A stretch of DNA of 64,000 nt from a virus (Duplodnaviria > Heunggongvirae > Uroviricota > Caudoviricetes). The notes under the pieces were generated by a model. The model saw nothing but the letters and a program-made list of their open reading frames with translations. It was not told the DNA's origin and did not search any database. Positions 39,315 through 49,222 of the stretch are shown here, piece by piece (the stretch's first letter is position 1; each line of letters begins with the position of its first letter). The position numbers and the translations under genes were made by a program. The stretch is from the IMG/VR virus record IMGVR_UViG_2700988907_000001. One strand, written 5' to 3'.

Positions 39315-40103
39315 TTATTCTTTAATTAATTTTAAATCATCCGCTGCATGGAACCACATTGTCGAAAATATTCCTGTTTCATCAAATCCAGCTAAATTTA
39401 CATCTCCATCTGAATCATATCCTAAAACAATCCCATAATTTCCCTCTTTGACTCCACCACTATAAATACTGTCTAATACTTCTACAATATTTCCTCTTTC
39501 AAATTTCGTTTGATTTTCTTCTGTTTCTTCGAGTTTTGGAATCAATTTGACATTTTTTAATTGTTCTTCAAAATCATTAGTTTTCATAACAACGGGAAGT
39601 ATACTTTCTTTACTATCAATACGTACTAACCCTTCATTAATTTTGTTAGTTATTTCAACATGTTCATTTTGGACAAAGTCGCCAAATTGGTCTTCTATTT
39701 TGCCTTCAATAAAGTAAGTTCCGTCTTTTAAATCTTCAATTTTTAATTCAGTGTCGGATTCATCGTCTTCATAAAACTCAATTTCATTAATTTTGTCAAT
39801 ATCATCAAAATAAACTAATACCATATTTCTAGTCTCTTCCTCAATGAATAAATAACTAATTTCATCAATACTTAGTCTTACAGCTCCAGAAACCTTATCA
39901 GTATCATCTCTTAGTGGTTTAATATAATAAATCTTATCATCTTCTAAGTTTAAAGGATTCTTTTCCTGTTCTACATTATCTTCTTTTTTATTTACAAGCT
40001 CATCTTGGTCGTCTTCTTTAATTTTTCGTAAAAAATCACATACTTCTTCAATAGTACCTTCTGTCGTAACTTCATTTCCATTAATAGTTGTTGTAATTTT
40101 CAT
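39315..40103 (-). CDS. Highly acidic hypothetical protein
   Basis: 262 aa, D/E-rich; possible DNA mimic. Confidence 0.35.
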   Translation of the reverse strand: MKITTTINGNEVTTEGTIEEVCDFLRKIKEDDQDELVNKKEDNVEQEKNPLNLEDDKIYYIKPLRDDTDKVSGAVRLSIDEISYLFIEEETRNMVLVYFDDIDKINEIEFYEDDESDTELKIEDLKDGTYFIEGKIEDQFGDFVQNEHVEITNKINEGLVRIDSKESILPVVMKTNDFEEQLKNVKLIPKLEETEENQTKFERGNIVEVLDSIYSGGVKEGNYGIVLGYDSDGDVNLAGFDETGIFSTMWFHAADDLKLIKE

Positions 40104-40215
40104 AATAATTATTCTCCTTTTTTATTAATCTAATATTATTATATCGTATAAGTAATAATTTGTCAAGTTTTTTATAAAAATCAAAGGTGGAATTTTCCAC
40201 CAATGATTGATATAA

Positions 40216-40644
40216 TTATAATTCTTTAATATCTCCTTCTTCAACATAACAAAAACTAATTAAATAAGCATCATACTCATCGTCTTCATCAATAAATAGA
40301 TAAGATGTTTTGTCGATATTGTCTAAGATTAATTCTCTTTCAATTGTTTTTCCTTTGTAGCTTGACAAGAAATATTTTTCTCCCTCATAAAGATTTAAAG
40401 GGTTGTTATCGCTAATACTGCCTACTACTTTTACAATATCTTCAACATCTTCTAATTCTGCGACAAATAAATTCTCCGCTGCATGTACTAAATACTCTCC
40501 GTCTACATTAATAACACAGCCTCTATCGCCTTTCTTAAAATTATTTTTATCGTCGAAAGCAAAGAAAAAGTGTGTTGGTATAATACTATCAAAATTATCT
40601 AAAAATTCTACTACATCATGTTCTTTAATATTAGGTTTTACCAT
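40216..40644 (-). CDS. Hypothetical acidic protein
   Basis: 142 aa. Confidence 0.35.
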   Translation of the reverse strand: MVKPNIKEHDVVEFLDNFDSIIPTHFFFAFDDKNNFKKGDRGCVINVDGEYLVHAAENLFVAELEDVEDIVKVVGSISDNNPLNLYEGEKYFLSSYKGKTIERELILDNIDKTSYLFIDEDDEYDAYLISFCYVEEGDIKEL

Positions 40645-40724
40645 AAATAATCTCTCCTAGTTATTGTTTTATATTACATATATATCTTAACATGACAGTA
40701 TATATCTTGTCAATATATTTTTAA

Positions 40725-41318
40725 TTAATTTCCACCTAATTTTTCTAATTCTTTTTTAACTTCTTCCCAAGACATAAACCCTTTACCATTGGTTAATGAT
40801 AAAATCATGCCATAAACGAATTGGTTCGTACTAAATTCAGCTCTATCTGGGTCATAGTATGGTTTACCATTTCCTTGACGAATATCTGAACAGTAAATTA
40901 GAACAGGTTTCTCTAATATTTTTTTAGATTTAGATGCAATATAATGTACATTATTGTATTCTGGGTGGTCGTAGTGTATTTGAGATTCAATTAATGATAA
41001 GGTTTTATCTGCTTGGTGCTTCATACCTAATAAAATACCAAGTTCTGCAATAGTTCCTAACCCTTCATTTAGTACATCGAAAACAAGTATATCAGATTCT
41101 TGCATAGCTTTAAAATCATTGTGAAGAATTCTTTCTGCTAGACCTTCTTGAACAGCATTTTCCTTGTCATTAATTGATTTATCATCTAATACATTATAAC
41201 ATTTAATACCAATGATACTATTAATTTGGTCTGCCTGTTTATTTCTATACTCCACCATTGCATCGTTTAATATGTGCCCACCATGATAAACTTGTAGTTC
41301 TTTTACTAAATTTGCCAT
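40725..41318 (-). CDS. Nucleoside 2-deoxyribosyltransferase / Rcl-like protein (tentative)
   Basis: N-terminal VYHGGHIL resembles IYFGAGWF. NEGLGTIAELGILLG resembles the catalytic DVGLGMELGYA segment of NDT-family enzymes. Confidence 0.35.
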   Translation of the reverse strand: MANLVKELQVYHGGHILNDAMVEYRNKQADQINSIIGIKCYNVLDDKSINDKENAVQEGLAERILHNDFKAMQESDILVFDVLNEGLGTIAELGILLGMKHQADKTLSLIESQIHYDHPEYNNVHYIASKSKKILEKPVLIYCSDIRQGNGKPYYDPDRAEFSTNQFVYGMILSLTNGKGFMSWEEVKKELEKLGGN

Positions 41319-42245
41319 TTATTCTCTTAACTCCTTTGTTATTTTAGTATAGTTTCTATTACTTTTAATAAAATATATACCAGACTCACTCATATTATAC
41401 TCTCTTGCTAATTCCTTACATGTTTTATTAGACAAATAAATATGTTTAACATCTTCTTCTGTTAATTTAGATTTTTTATTAACTTCAACTTTACCCTTAT
41501 TCATGTTTTTTGTTATATTTCTGTAAGATTTTCCGTTTTTTATATTACTTACAATAGCTCTATCTATATTATATTTCTCTGATATTTCTTTATTTGATAA
41601 ATCACTTATAAATATATCTTTAACAGTATCTTCTGATAAAAACTTATCATTTTTATAATTACCTTTTATTAAATTTTTAGTTACATGAGTCCATGTATTG
41701 TCTCCACGTATATTAGAAATAGTATGTTTGGAAACATTATATTTTTTTGACATGTGTATTCTACTTTTATTGCTTGTGTAAATATCTATTACTTGTTTAT
41801 CATTAAGTATAGCAATACTTTGTTTTTCTCCTTTTTTATCTGCAACCAATCCATTGTTTACGGCATGTTCTCTATTTTCTTGATTGGTACACCACTCTAA
41901 ATTTTCTACTTTGTTATTTTCTTTATTACCATCAATGTGATTTACTTGGTTCTTTATTTTTGGATTGTTGTTGTATATAAAAGTTTCAGCCACTATTCTA
42001 TGTACCGCTTTTGTTTTTAGTTTGTATTCATTATTATCTTTTTTATAGTACATAGAAACTATAGGGTATCCTTTGTGATTTCTTCCTTGTTTGTAAATAT
42101 TTAATTGTTTACCTAAAATTTCTCCTTTTTTATTAACCCAATAACCTGGATAATCTTTTATATTAGACCATAATTCACCGTTAATTTGTTTAAATATTTG
42201 TCTATAATTAATTTCGTTAATCATTAAAATCAACCTTAATTTCAT
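41319..42245 (-). CDS. Free-standing HNH homing endonuclease with NUMOD-like C-terminal repeats
   Basis: AVHRIVAETFIYNNNPKIKNQVNHIDGNKENNKVENLEWCTNQEN is the HNH_3 core. It is followed by three IxxIxxx...Y..IT helix-turn-helix-like repeats. Confidence 0.7.
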   Translation of the reverse strand: MKLRLILMINEINYRQIFKQINGELWSNIKDYPGYWVNKKGEILGKQLNIYKQGRNHKGYPIVSMYYKKDNNEYKLKTKAVHRIVAETFIYNNNPKIKNQVNHIDGNKENNKVENLEWCTNQENREHAVNNGLVADKKGEKQSIAILNDKQVIDIYTSNKSRIHMSKKYNVSKHTISNIRGDNTWTHVTKNLIKGNYKNDKFLSEDTVKDIFISDLSNKEISEKYNIDRAIVSNIKNGKSYRNITKNMNKGKVEVNKKSKLTEEDVKHIYLSNKTCKELAREYNMSESGIYFIKSNRNYTKITKELRE

Positions 42246-42266
42246 TTACCATTATTTTATCTCCTT

Positions 42267-42560
42267 TTATAAATATTTTTGTGTAAATTTACTGTAAGAG
42301 TCTCGGTCACGTACTTTAGGATATCTTACAATACTAAATGCAATAATCCCTAATGCTACAATTGGTGCTAAGATAATTAACCCCCAAAATGTTAATACAG
42401 TTTGTAAGAAAAACATCACACTATCTACTACACACCAAGTTAAAATTAATAATGCTGTAATTCCAACAATCCATAATAATTTACTCCAAAAATTACCTTT
42501 TTGAAAACTGTATGATAGTTTTTTCATAATTTTATTCTCCTTTATTATAAATATATACAA
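42267..42560 (-). CDS. Small membrane protein (3 TM)
   Basis: 97-aa hydrophobic protein. Confidence 0.35.
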   Translation of the reverse strand: MYIFIIKENKIMKKLSYSFQKGNFWSKLLWIVGITALLILTWCVVDSVMFFLQTVLTFWGLIILAPIVALGIIAFSIVRYPKVRDRDSYSKFTQKYL

Positions 42561-42624
42561 AGTATAGCACTCTAGTTAAAGAGTGTCAATATTTTGTTAA
42601 AATAAAATAGTATAGGTGTTATTT

Positions 42625-43206
42625 TTATACCAACCATTCTATTGTTGGTTTACCTTTATAACCATGTTCAAACACAAACCATGCAAAACACATTGTACTA
42701 GCCCATTTCTTACCATTCTCATCTACTGGACTACCATTACGCCAAGGGTTCTGTCTTTTAGTAAATACGTAGACTGTTTTTAAAGGGGAATCTTGAAACA
42801 TTTCATATCTAGATACACCTTCTAATAATTGTATTTTACAAAACATAGCTACTTTTTTATTCGTAATTTCTAGTGACTTTTCAATAAATTCTTTAGCATA
42901 TTTATAAGGTGGATTTGTAATAATATTGTCATAAGTTCTAAAACCTTCTTTTAAAAAGTCTTTGTTATCTTCCCCATAACCTCTGTTTATTAAATCATTG
43001 GAGTGTACTTCAAACCCTTTTTCCTTTAATACTTCTGATATATGTCCTTCCCCACAACAGGGCTCTAATACATTCCCTTTAAATTCCTCTACTTCTAATA
43101 ATTTTAAAGTACTCTCTGGTGGAGTAGCATAATAATCATTCTCTACCCTATCTCTTGTAGTTGATGTTCCTGATAAAGATGTTCCTGTTAAATATTTTTC
43201 ACTCAT
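42625..43206 (-). CDS. DNA N6-adenine methyltransferase
   Basis: Motif I is EPCCGEG. Motif IV is NPPY (DNIITNPPYKYAKEF). Confidence 0.7.
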   Translation of the reverse strand: MSEKYLTGTSLSGTSTTRDRVENDYYATPPESTLKLLEVEEFKGNVLEPCCGEGHISEVLKEKGFEVHSNDLINRGYGEDNKDFLKEGFRTYDNIITNPPYKYAKEFIEKSLEITNKKVAMFCKIQLLEGVSRYEMFQDSPLKTVYVFTKRQNPWRNGSPVDENGKKWASTMCFAWFVFEHGYKGKPTIEWLV

Positions 43207-43210
43207 AATT

Positions 43211-43888
43211 TTATTCTCCTTTATAATCTTCTAATCTTTTAATTGCAATATCAAAGTACCCTTTATCCAATTCAAAACCAATAAAATTACGTTCTAATTC
43301 TTTACAAGCAATAGCAGTAGTTCCACTTCCTGCAAAACCATCAAACACTAAATCCCCTTTATCTGAATGCTTTTCAATACACTGTTTAATTAAATCTAAA
43401 GGTTTTTGGTTTTGATGAAGTTGGTTTTTACCACTTACTTTATCAAATCCCCAAATATCTGTTAGTCTTTTTCCATTAAAGTGTTTTTTACCTTTAACAA
43501 CTAAAAATATGATTTCATATTTTCTACCGAATGAACCTTTTAAATCACCCGCAGTATGATTATTTTTAACCCAAATAATCATATTTTTTATTTTAAATTT
43601 CTTTTCTAACTGTTGTTTAAAGAAGTCTACTTTATCTGATGAGCAAAACATATACATAGCACTATTATTTTTTAGTATTCGATAACACTCGTTAATGTAG
43701 TTAATAATAAGCTGTTCATTATCATCATTTAAAATAACTTTATTAAACCTATGTGTTTTATCTTTTCTACGCCCTGTTTTATAGTTAACAAGGTAAGGAG
43801 GGTCTGTAACAACTAAATCTACTGACCCGCTTTCCATATTTTTCATTCCTGCTACACAATCTTCATTGTATATTTTATTTAGTTCCAT
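43211..43888 (-). CDS. DNA methyltransferase (beta-class N6A/N4C, DPPY type)
   Basis: Has VDLVVTDPPYLVNY and ...LVFDGFAGSGTTAIACKELERNFIGFELDKGYFDIAIKRL (AdoMet motif I at the C-terminus). Confidence 0.75.
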   Translation of the reverse strand: MELNKIYNEDCVAGMKNMESGSVDLVVTDPPYLVNYKTGRRKDKTHRFNKVILNDDNEQLIINYINECYRILKNNSAMYMFCSSDKVDFFKQQLEKKFKIKNMIIWVKNNHTAGDLKGSFGRKYEIIFLVVKGKKHFNGKRLTDIWGFDKVSGKNQLHQNQKPLDLIKQCIEKHSDKGDLVFDGFAGSGTTAIACKELERNFIGFELDKGYFDIAIKRLEDYKGE

Positions 43889-43955
43889 TACTTTATACTC
43901 CTTTATTTTTAAATTATACCACTCAACTTTTAATAAGTCAAGTGGTGTAATTCTA

Positions 43956-44207
43956 TTATTTTTTTAATACTCTATTTTTATCTTCTAATTCTAAATATAT
44001 AGTATTTCTTTTAGGTTTTATGCTTATTAAATTTGACTCATAATTTTTAATACAATAATCTTTAAAGAAATTAAATGTATCTTCATATAAATATTGTAAT
44101 TCTTCTTCACTATATCTGGTTTCATATTTTTCTATAAAACCGTAAGAATTAAGTACTAAGAAATTATCTGCATTTATTTTTGCTTTATTTAAATTCATGT
44201 TAAACAC
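43956..44207 (-). CDS. Hypothetical protein
   Basis: 83 aa. Confidence 0.3.
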   Translation of the reverse strand: MFNMNLNKAKINADNFLVLNSYGFIEKYETRYSEEELQYLYEDTFNFFKDYCIKNYESNLISIKPKRNTIYLELEDKNRVLKK

Positions 44208-44252
44208 CTCTTTATTAGTATAACCTAATTATATACTAATAAATATAAGGTG

Positions 44253-45047
44253 TCAACACTTTTTTATCTCCATTTTTAAACTTCCATATCTTCCTATATT
44301 TTTTAATGGTAAACCCATTTTTATAAATCGTTTTTTTATAGTAAATGTCGATATTCCTGTTTCCATAGCTATAACTCTTAAACTTTGATTTTTATTTACA
44401 TAATTATATAACCATTTATAGTAATAAAAACTATCTGGTATTTGTTTTATTTTATCATTATTAATTTGAGTGTATGATTTTCCTTTTACTAAATTTTCTG
44501 TTATATCTTTATAAGTTCTATCATGTCTTATATCATAGTGTGTGGTGTTAGTCAAAGAAGGATACTTTTCTTTTAATTCTTCTCTTGTTAATCTTGATGT
44601 ATATATGTCTATAACTTCGTCTTTAGTAAATAATCTACTGTTTTCTTTTTTGCTTTTATAATTTTTTACTCCTAAGGAGTGGTGGGTATTTTCATAAGAA
44701 TATACCCACTCTATATTTTTTATTCGGTTGTCGTTTCTTTTGCTATTTTTATGATTTATACAATTTCTATCATCTTTTTTGAGTAACATCATTTCTGCTA
44801 TAGCTCTATGATAAAATATTTTTCCTTGATTATGTTTTTCCTTTTGTATATTATTATAATAATACCCTTCTTTTACTTGTGTTGTTAATATTTTTTTGTA
44901 TATGTTAGAGTATAATTTATTACCTTCTATATTTATATAATATCTTCCTCTTGTGCTATATACAGGGATAAAAATATAACCATCAATACTTTTTATATTT
45001 ATTGGCATAATTTGATTTTTTAATTCCATATTTATCTTCCTTACCAT
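44253..45047 (-). CDS. Free-standing HNH homing endonuclease (second copy) with NUMOD-like repeats
   Basis: ...IFYHRAIAEMMLLKKDDRNCINHKNSKRNDNRIKNIEWVYSYEN is an HNH_3 core. Repeated ...Y..IT.. modules follow. Confidence 0.6.
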   Translation of the reverse strand: MVRKINMELKNQIMPINIKSIDGYIFIPVYSTRGRYYINIEGNKLYSNIYKKILTTQVKEGYYYNNIQKEKHNQGKIFYHRAIAEMMLLKKDDRNCINHKNSKRNDNRIKNIEWVYSYENTHHSLGVKNYKSKKENSRLFTKDEVIDIYTSRLTREELKEKYPSLTNTTHYDIRHDRTYKDITENLVKGKSYTQINNDKIKQIPDSFYYYKWLYNYVNKNQSLRVIAMETGISTFTIKKRFIKMGLPLKNIGRYGSLKMEIKKC

Positions 45048-45787
45048 TCTAAAGAATCTGCCACTGTGCTTATTACCCCTCTGAAATTATGAGTAAATTC
45101 GTGATGTCTAGCAAAATCATGTTTTTTAAATAACTCTATATAAGGTTCAAATCCAGATTTATTTCTTTTAATATCAGATTGCTCTGGTTGACCCTCTATA
45201 ACAACTGTACAAGAATCGTGCATACGAGTTAAAGTTTTCTTTAATTCACCTCTTGTAAAGTTTTGTGATTCACTAATTATACATGTTACATTTTGTATAT
45301 TAGAACCTCTAAGGAAAGTATGGAGGGTTTGTGTGACAAAAGCACCATCTATTTTTTCCTTATCTACATTAGGGTCTAACTCTAATAATGTTTTTATTAC
45401 TTGCATTGGATTTAAATTTAATTCAATCAAAGCATCATGTAAAGGAGAAAAATAGTCTAAGGCTTTAGTGTTTAAATCTCCTGGTCTATGACCTACAGAA
45501 TTTTCTTCTGCTGGACTCATAATAAACATAATTTCTTTTCCTTTGTTTAAATAATCTGCGTAAGCACAAACAATACTTGTAAACGTTTTTGCACTTCCAC
45601 TCTTTGATGAGTTAGTTAAAACTAAAACTTTATCATTAAAGAAATCCTCACAAAACTGTAATTGTTCTTGTGTAGCTTTATTTAAAAAATCATCAAATAC
45701 TGTATGTTCTAGCATGTTGTATTGTACTAACGGAAAATTTTGTAATTTATATTTTAACTCTTTATCCATTTTTGCCAAAGTTATCAT
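45041..45787 (-). CDS. PhoH-like protein
   Basis: GHRPGDLNTKALDYFSPLHDAL parallels GFLPGDLxEKVDPYLRPLYDAL. IISESQNFTRGELKKTLTRMHDSCTVVIEGQPEQSDIKRNKSGF parallels ILDEAQNTTxxQMKMFLTRxGxxSKMVITGDxTQIDL. The Walker A is degenerate (SSKSGSAKT). Confidence 0.6.
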   Translation of the reverse strand: MITLAKMDKELKYKLQNFPLVQYNMLEHTVFDDFLNKATQEQLQFCEDFFNDKVLVLTNSSKSGSAKTFTSIVCAYADYLNKGKEIMFIMSPAEENSVGHRPGDLNTKALDYFSPLHDALIELNLNPMQVIKTLLELDPNVDKEKIDGAFVTQTLHTFLRGSNIQNVTCIISESQNFTRGELKKTLTRMHDSCTVVIEGQPEQSDIKRNKSGFEPYIELFKKHDFARHHEFTHNFRGVISTVADSLEW

Positions 45788-46318
45788 CCTTTATATATGT
45801 TCTCATAATAGTATACATTGAGAGCAATAGCATCTGCTACGTCATCAAGTAACTTACCTCTTTCTGTGTATATTTCTGGCATATCACTTGAAAAATAAGC
45901 CTTTAAAAATTCTGCTACTATTTCTTTTTTATTGAATTGTTTTAACTCTTCTTTTGTATAAAAACATTTATTAATTAAATACTTTTTACAATATGCTTTT
46001 AATGTCGCATTATGAATATCTATAGCTTCACTGTTATTATTATATAAGTAATATTCAAGTATCGCATGTGAATATAGTACATTTTGCGCTGTTGCAGAAC
46101 GTCCAACAAATGGCTCTTCTTTACATATAACATTTGGATTATAATTGTCTATTTTTGATATTATATCTGATATATGTCTATCTATGCGTTCTATTGTATC
46201 TTTTTTCTTGTCTGAAACCATTAATTCACACAATAAAACATTGATTTTACTAGAACTGTATTCAGCGACACAAATACCTGTCTTAGCGAAATGAATAGTC
46301 TAAACTTACAACAATCAT
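45784..46318 (-). pseudogene. RuvC-like Holliday junction resolvase with frameshift near 46285
   Basis: A strong RBS (ggaggagaagtctaccATG) at 46318 starts MIVVSLDYSFR*, a RuvC-like N-terminus (compare MKILSLDLS). The protein continues in another frame, ..AKTGICVAEYSSS...DAIALNVYYY, as the rest of the RuvC fold to 45784. A one-nucleotide frame offset lies between 46283 and 46295. Confidence 0.55.
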
Positions 46319-46357
46319 GGTAGACTTCTCCTCCCTGTCTATAATTTTCCAAAACTT

Positions 46358-46591
46358 TTATTTATAAAACACATCATATCCTACAATAAATTTAGGAACT
46401 ATTATTGAATACCCATCTTCATTTCTATGTGATATCTTAATAAGGTTGTGTCTATTTTCTAAACCTTTTTCTATTTTGTTCAATACTTCTTTTAAAGGCG
46501 TACTAGTTAATTCATCAGTAATACATAGTATTCCACCATCTTTAAAATTTGCACAATCTGTTATTACAATTATTGCTTTTATCTTATCCAT
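46358..46591 (-). CDS. Hypothetical protein
   Basis: 77 aa. Confidence 0.3.
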   Translation of the reverse strand: MDKIKAIIVITDCANFKDGGILCITDELTSTPLKEVLNKIEKGLENRHNLIKISHRNEDGYSIIVPKFIVGYDVFYK

Positions 46592-46608
46592 TATTACTTC
46601 TCCCCTTT

Positions 46609-46848
46609 TTATAAATCCTCATTATTTTTTATTTCCTTAAGTGTTGAATTTACTATAATTTCAGTATAATTTTTTACTATAAAGATAGTATAAACAATAA
46701 ATGTAACCAACCAAATATTAATATCTCCTTTAAATAACAAATTTACTAGCCACATAACACCAAAAGTAAAAAAGAATGATACGATTTGGTGGATTATTGT
46801 CACTACATAAGCAAATAATTTAATTACTTTAAATCTTGTATCTTCCAA
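46609..46848 (-). CDS. Small membrane protein (2 TM)
   Basis: 79 aa, hydrophobic. Confidence 0.35.
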   Translation of the reverse strand: MEDTRFKVIKLFAYVVTIIHQIVSFFFTFGVMWLVNLLFKGDINIWLVTFIVYTIFIVKNYTEIIVNSTLKEIKNNEDL

Positions 46849-47006
46849 TGTTATTTCTCCTTTTTAAAAATTTAAAGGGGAAATATCCCTTTATTTAAAC
46901 TTTAATCGCCTATTCATCATAATTATTTTCTCCTTCTTAATTGATATTTTTTATTACATATACATAATATCATGTGTATTATATAATTATATAATGTCAA
47001 TACTTT

Positions 47007-48743
47007 TTAAAAATCAATCCCCCACAACCCTAGCTCATCATTTTCTTCAACTTTTAAAATTTCATAATCTTTAATTACAATTTGAGATTGCTGCTTGTTA
47101 CCAAAGTAGTTTATACGTGGCTCTCCTACAATATTCATTGTGATTTTATTATTTACAATGTGATTATCAATAATATTTTTAATGTCTTCTGGTGCATTGA
47201 ATAAAATAAATGTTACATTATTATCAAAGAAAGATAGCACAGAACCTCTTATATTGATACAAGCCTTATTAAACGTAATTTCTTCATAACCAAATAAAGG
47301 ATATACTACGTCTCCTCCTAGCACGTCTTTTTCTAACTCTACTCTAATAATATCTTGTTCATTAGGTCTGTTAGTTAAAACATCAACCTCATATACGTTA
47401 GATGTTTTAAACTTATATTCTTCTATATATTCATATAGACTGTTTAAATATCCTTTTGGAATACTAAAACCAGCTGCTTGACTATGACCTTGTACAAAAT
47501 AAAATAATTCACTTTTTGCTAGAATAGACTTAAAGTCTATATTTTGTGCTCTTATAGAACCAGAAAAATAATCATTTTTAAATTTACCAACCATCACTGG
47601 CTTTCTATATTTGTCTGCTAGTTTCATAGCAACTAAACCATTAATAGATGATGGAGAATTGTCATCAGATACAGCTACGATAATTTTTTCGTTATATAAA
47701 AATTCAATATTCTTAATAGCATCTTTAACAATCTTGTCTTGTTTAGTTTTAATACTTTCACATTGTTTTGCTACAATTTCTGGTAATGTCATTTCTGTAG
47801 GAATCTTATCAAACTTGCCAGTTTTTCTGTTTTTCTTTCTAACCTCAATTGTTTCAGTTTCTTTTGAATCTGTAATCATAGCTTCAAATAACCTTTGCTT
47901 CTCTTCTAGTGTACCAATACGAGTAACAGCATTAATCATTGATATAATACTGAAAGACCAGTCTCTTGTCGTTGGATTGTCAATTCCTTTACGTTCCATT
48001 ACTGCTTTAATAAATGGGTTGTTTATATTTCTTACTCCTGTATATGTTAAGTATCTAATTTCTGGGTCAGCAATATTACTAACATCCCCAGTTTGACCTA
48101 GAGTAACCAAGTCTAAATATTTATCAACCAATTCTTTGGAGTATATTTTATTATTAAAATTAAAACGATACAATGCACATTTACAGAACAAATAAACCAT
48201 TCCTACACCAGTAAAATTTTTATTAATATCAGAAATAATTTGATTATTAAAAACATTTTCGTGAACATTTTTAACATTGATTTCGTGGTGGTCTAACACC
48301 AGTGTTTCAATATTCTCTGAATTAAGTTCTTCTAATTGTTTTGTATCGTTTGAAGCAGCGTCGGGTATTACTACTAACGTAGAATCATTACTCATATTTT
48401 TTAGTTCTGTCATTACTTCGGTAGTTAATCCATGTGTTTTACCGTCTGGGATAATAAAATTAATATTGTCGTACTCTAAATCGTTTTTAATAAATCTATA
48501 TAATAATGCCGAAGCTGAAAAACCGTCCATATCTTGGTCAATTAAAATTACAATATTTTTATTTTCTTTTAAAGCATTGTACAATATGTTTGTTGCTTGA
48601 GAAAACTCTTCTGGAATATTTTTCATAATAGTTAACATTTTTTTATCTGGATTCTTATGATATTCTAAATCGCTAACCCCACCTCTAATTAAAATATCAT
48701 CTATTAAATCTCCTGTAATCTGTTCTTTTAGCTCAAGTTCCAT
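47007..48743 (-). CDS. DHH-family phosphoesterase, RecJ-like single-strand DNA exonuclease
   Basis: Motifs ILIDQDMDGFSA (DxD...DG) and LVLDHH (DHH), then a DHHA1-like region. Confidence 0.7.
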   Translation of the reverse strand: MELELKEQITGDLIDDILIRGGVSDLEYHKNPDKKMLTIMKNIPEEFSQATNILYNALKENKNIVILIDQDMDGFSASALLYRFIKNDLEYDNINFIIPDGKTHGLTTEVMTELKNMSNDSTLVVIPDAASNDTKQLEELNSENIETLVLDHHEINVKNVHENVFNNQIISDINKNFTGVGMVYLFCKCALYRFNFNNKIYSKELVDKYLDLVTLGQTGDVSNIADPEIRYLTYTGVRNINNPFIKAVMERKGIDNPTTRDWSFSIISMINAVTRIGTLEEKQRLFEAMITDSKETETIEVRKKNRKTGKFDKIPTEMTLPEIVAKQCESIKTKQDKIVKDAIKNIEFLYNEKIIVAVSDDNSPSSINGLVAMKLADKYRKPVMVGKFKNDYFSGSIRAQNIDFKSILAKSELFYFVQGHSQAAGFSIPKGYLNSLYEYIEEYKFKTSNVYEVDVLTNRPNEQDIIRVELEKDVLGGDVVYPLFGYEEITFNKACINIRGSVLSFFDNNVTFILFNAPEDIKNIIDNHIVNNKITMNIVGEPRINYFGNKQQSQIVIKDYEILKVEENDELGLWGIDF

Positions 48744-48754
48744 ATAATCTCTCC

Positions 48755-49210
48755 TTATTTAATATTTTTCTGTTCCCATAAATCCATAGCTCTATTCACT
48801 TCAAAATCAGCTATTTCATTAAGTTCGTCTCCATTGTGCCCTTTAATTTTGACATATTTAACATTCATTTCTTTATCTAACTCAATTAATTCTTGCCATA
48901 GTTCTTTGTTTTTTACAGGTTCTTTCTTAGAGTTTAACCATTTATTTAATACCCATTTATCAAACCATCTTTGATTCATTCCGTTTACACAATATGCACT
49001 ATCTGATAATATCCCAATCTCTTCATTAGGAAAATTATTTTTTGCATATTTTAAAGCCTCAATAATTGCTTTTAATTCCATTTTTTGATTAGTTGTCCCT
49101 TCTTCTGTACCAAAATCTACTATAGAAATATCTCCTTCAACTACAAAAGCCCAAGCTCCAATATTAGTTGAAGAACGATAACCTCCATCTGTAGCTATAA
49201 AACGTATCAT
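48755..49210 (-). CDS. rnhA: Ribonuclease H (RNase HI)
   Basis: ATDGGYR.., ..NQKMELKAI.., SDSAYCVNGMN, ..GHNGDELNEIAD. These place the conserved DEDD catalytic residues in order. Confidence 0.7.
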   Translation of the reverse strand: MIRFIATDGGYRSSTNIGAWAFVVEGDISIVDFGTEEGTTNQKMELKAIIEALKYAKNNFPNEEIGILSDSAYCVNGMNQRWFDKWVLNKWLNSKKEPVKNKELWQELIELDKEMNVKYVKIKGHNGDELNEIADFEVNRAMDLWEQKNIK

Positions 49211-49222
49211 AAAAATCTCTCC

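Noticed and set aside
47611-48600. Plus-strand ORFs 47611-48096 and 48277-48600 inside the RecJ-like gene
   Set aside because: Antisense shadow ORFs. The minus-strand frame carries clear DHH motifs.
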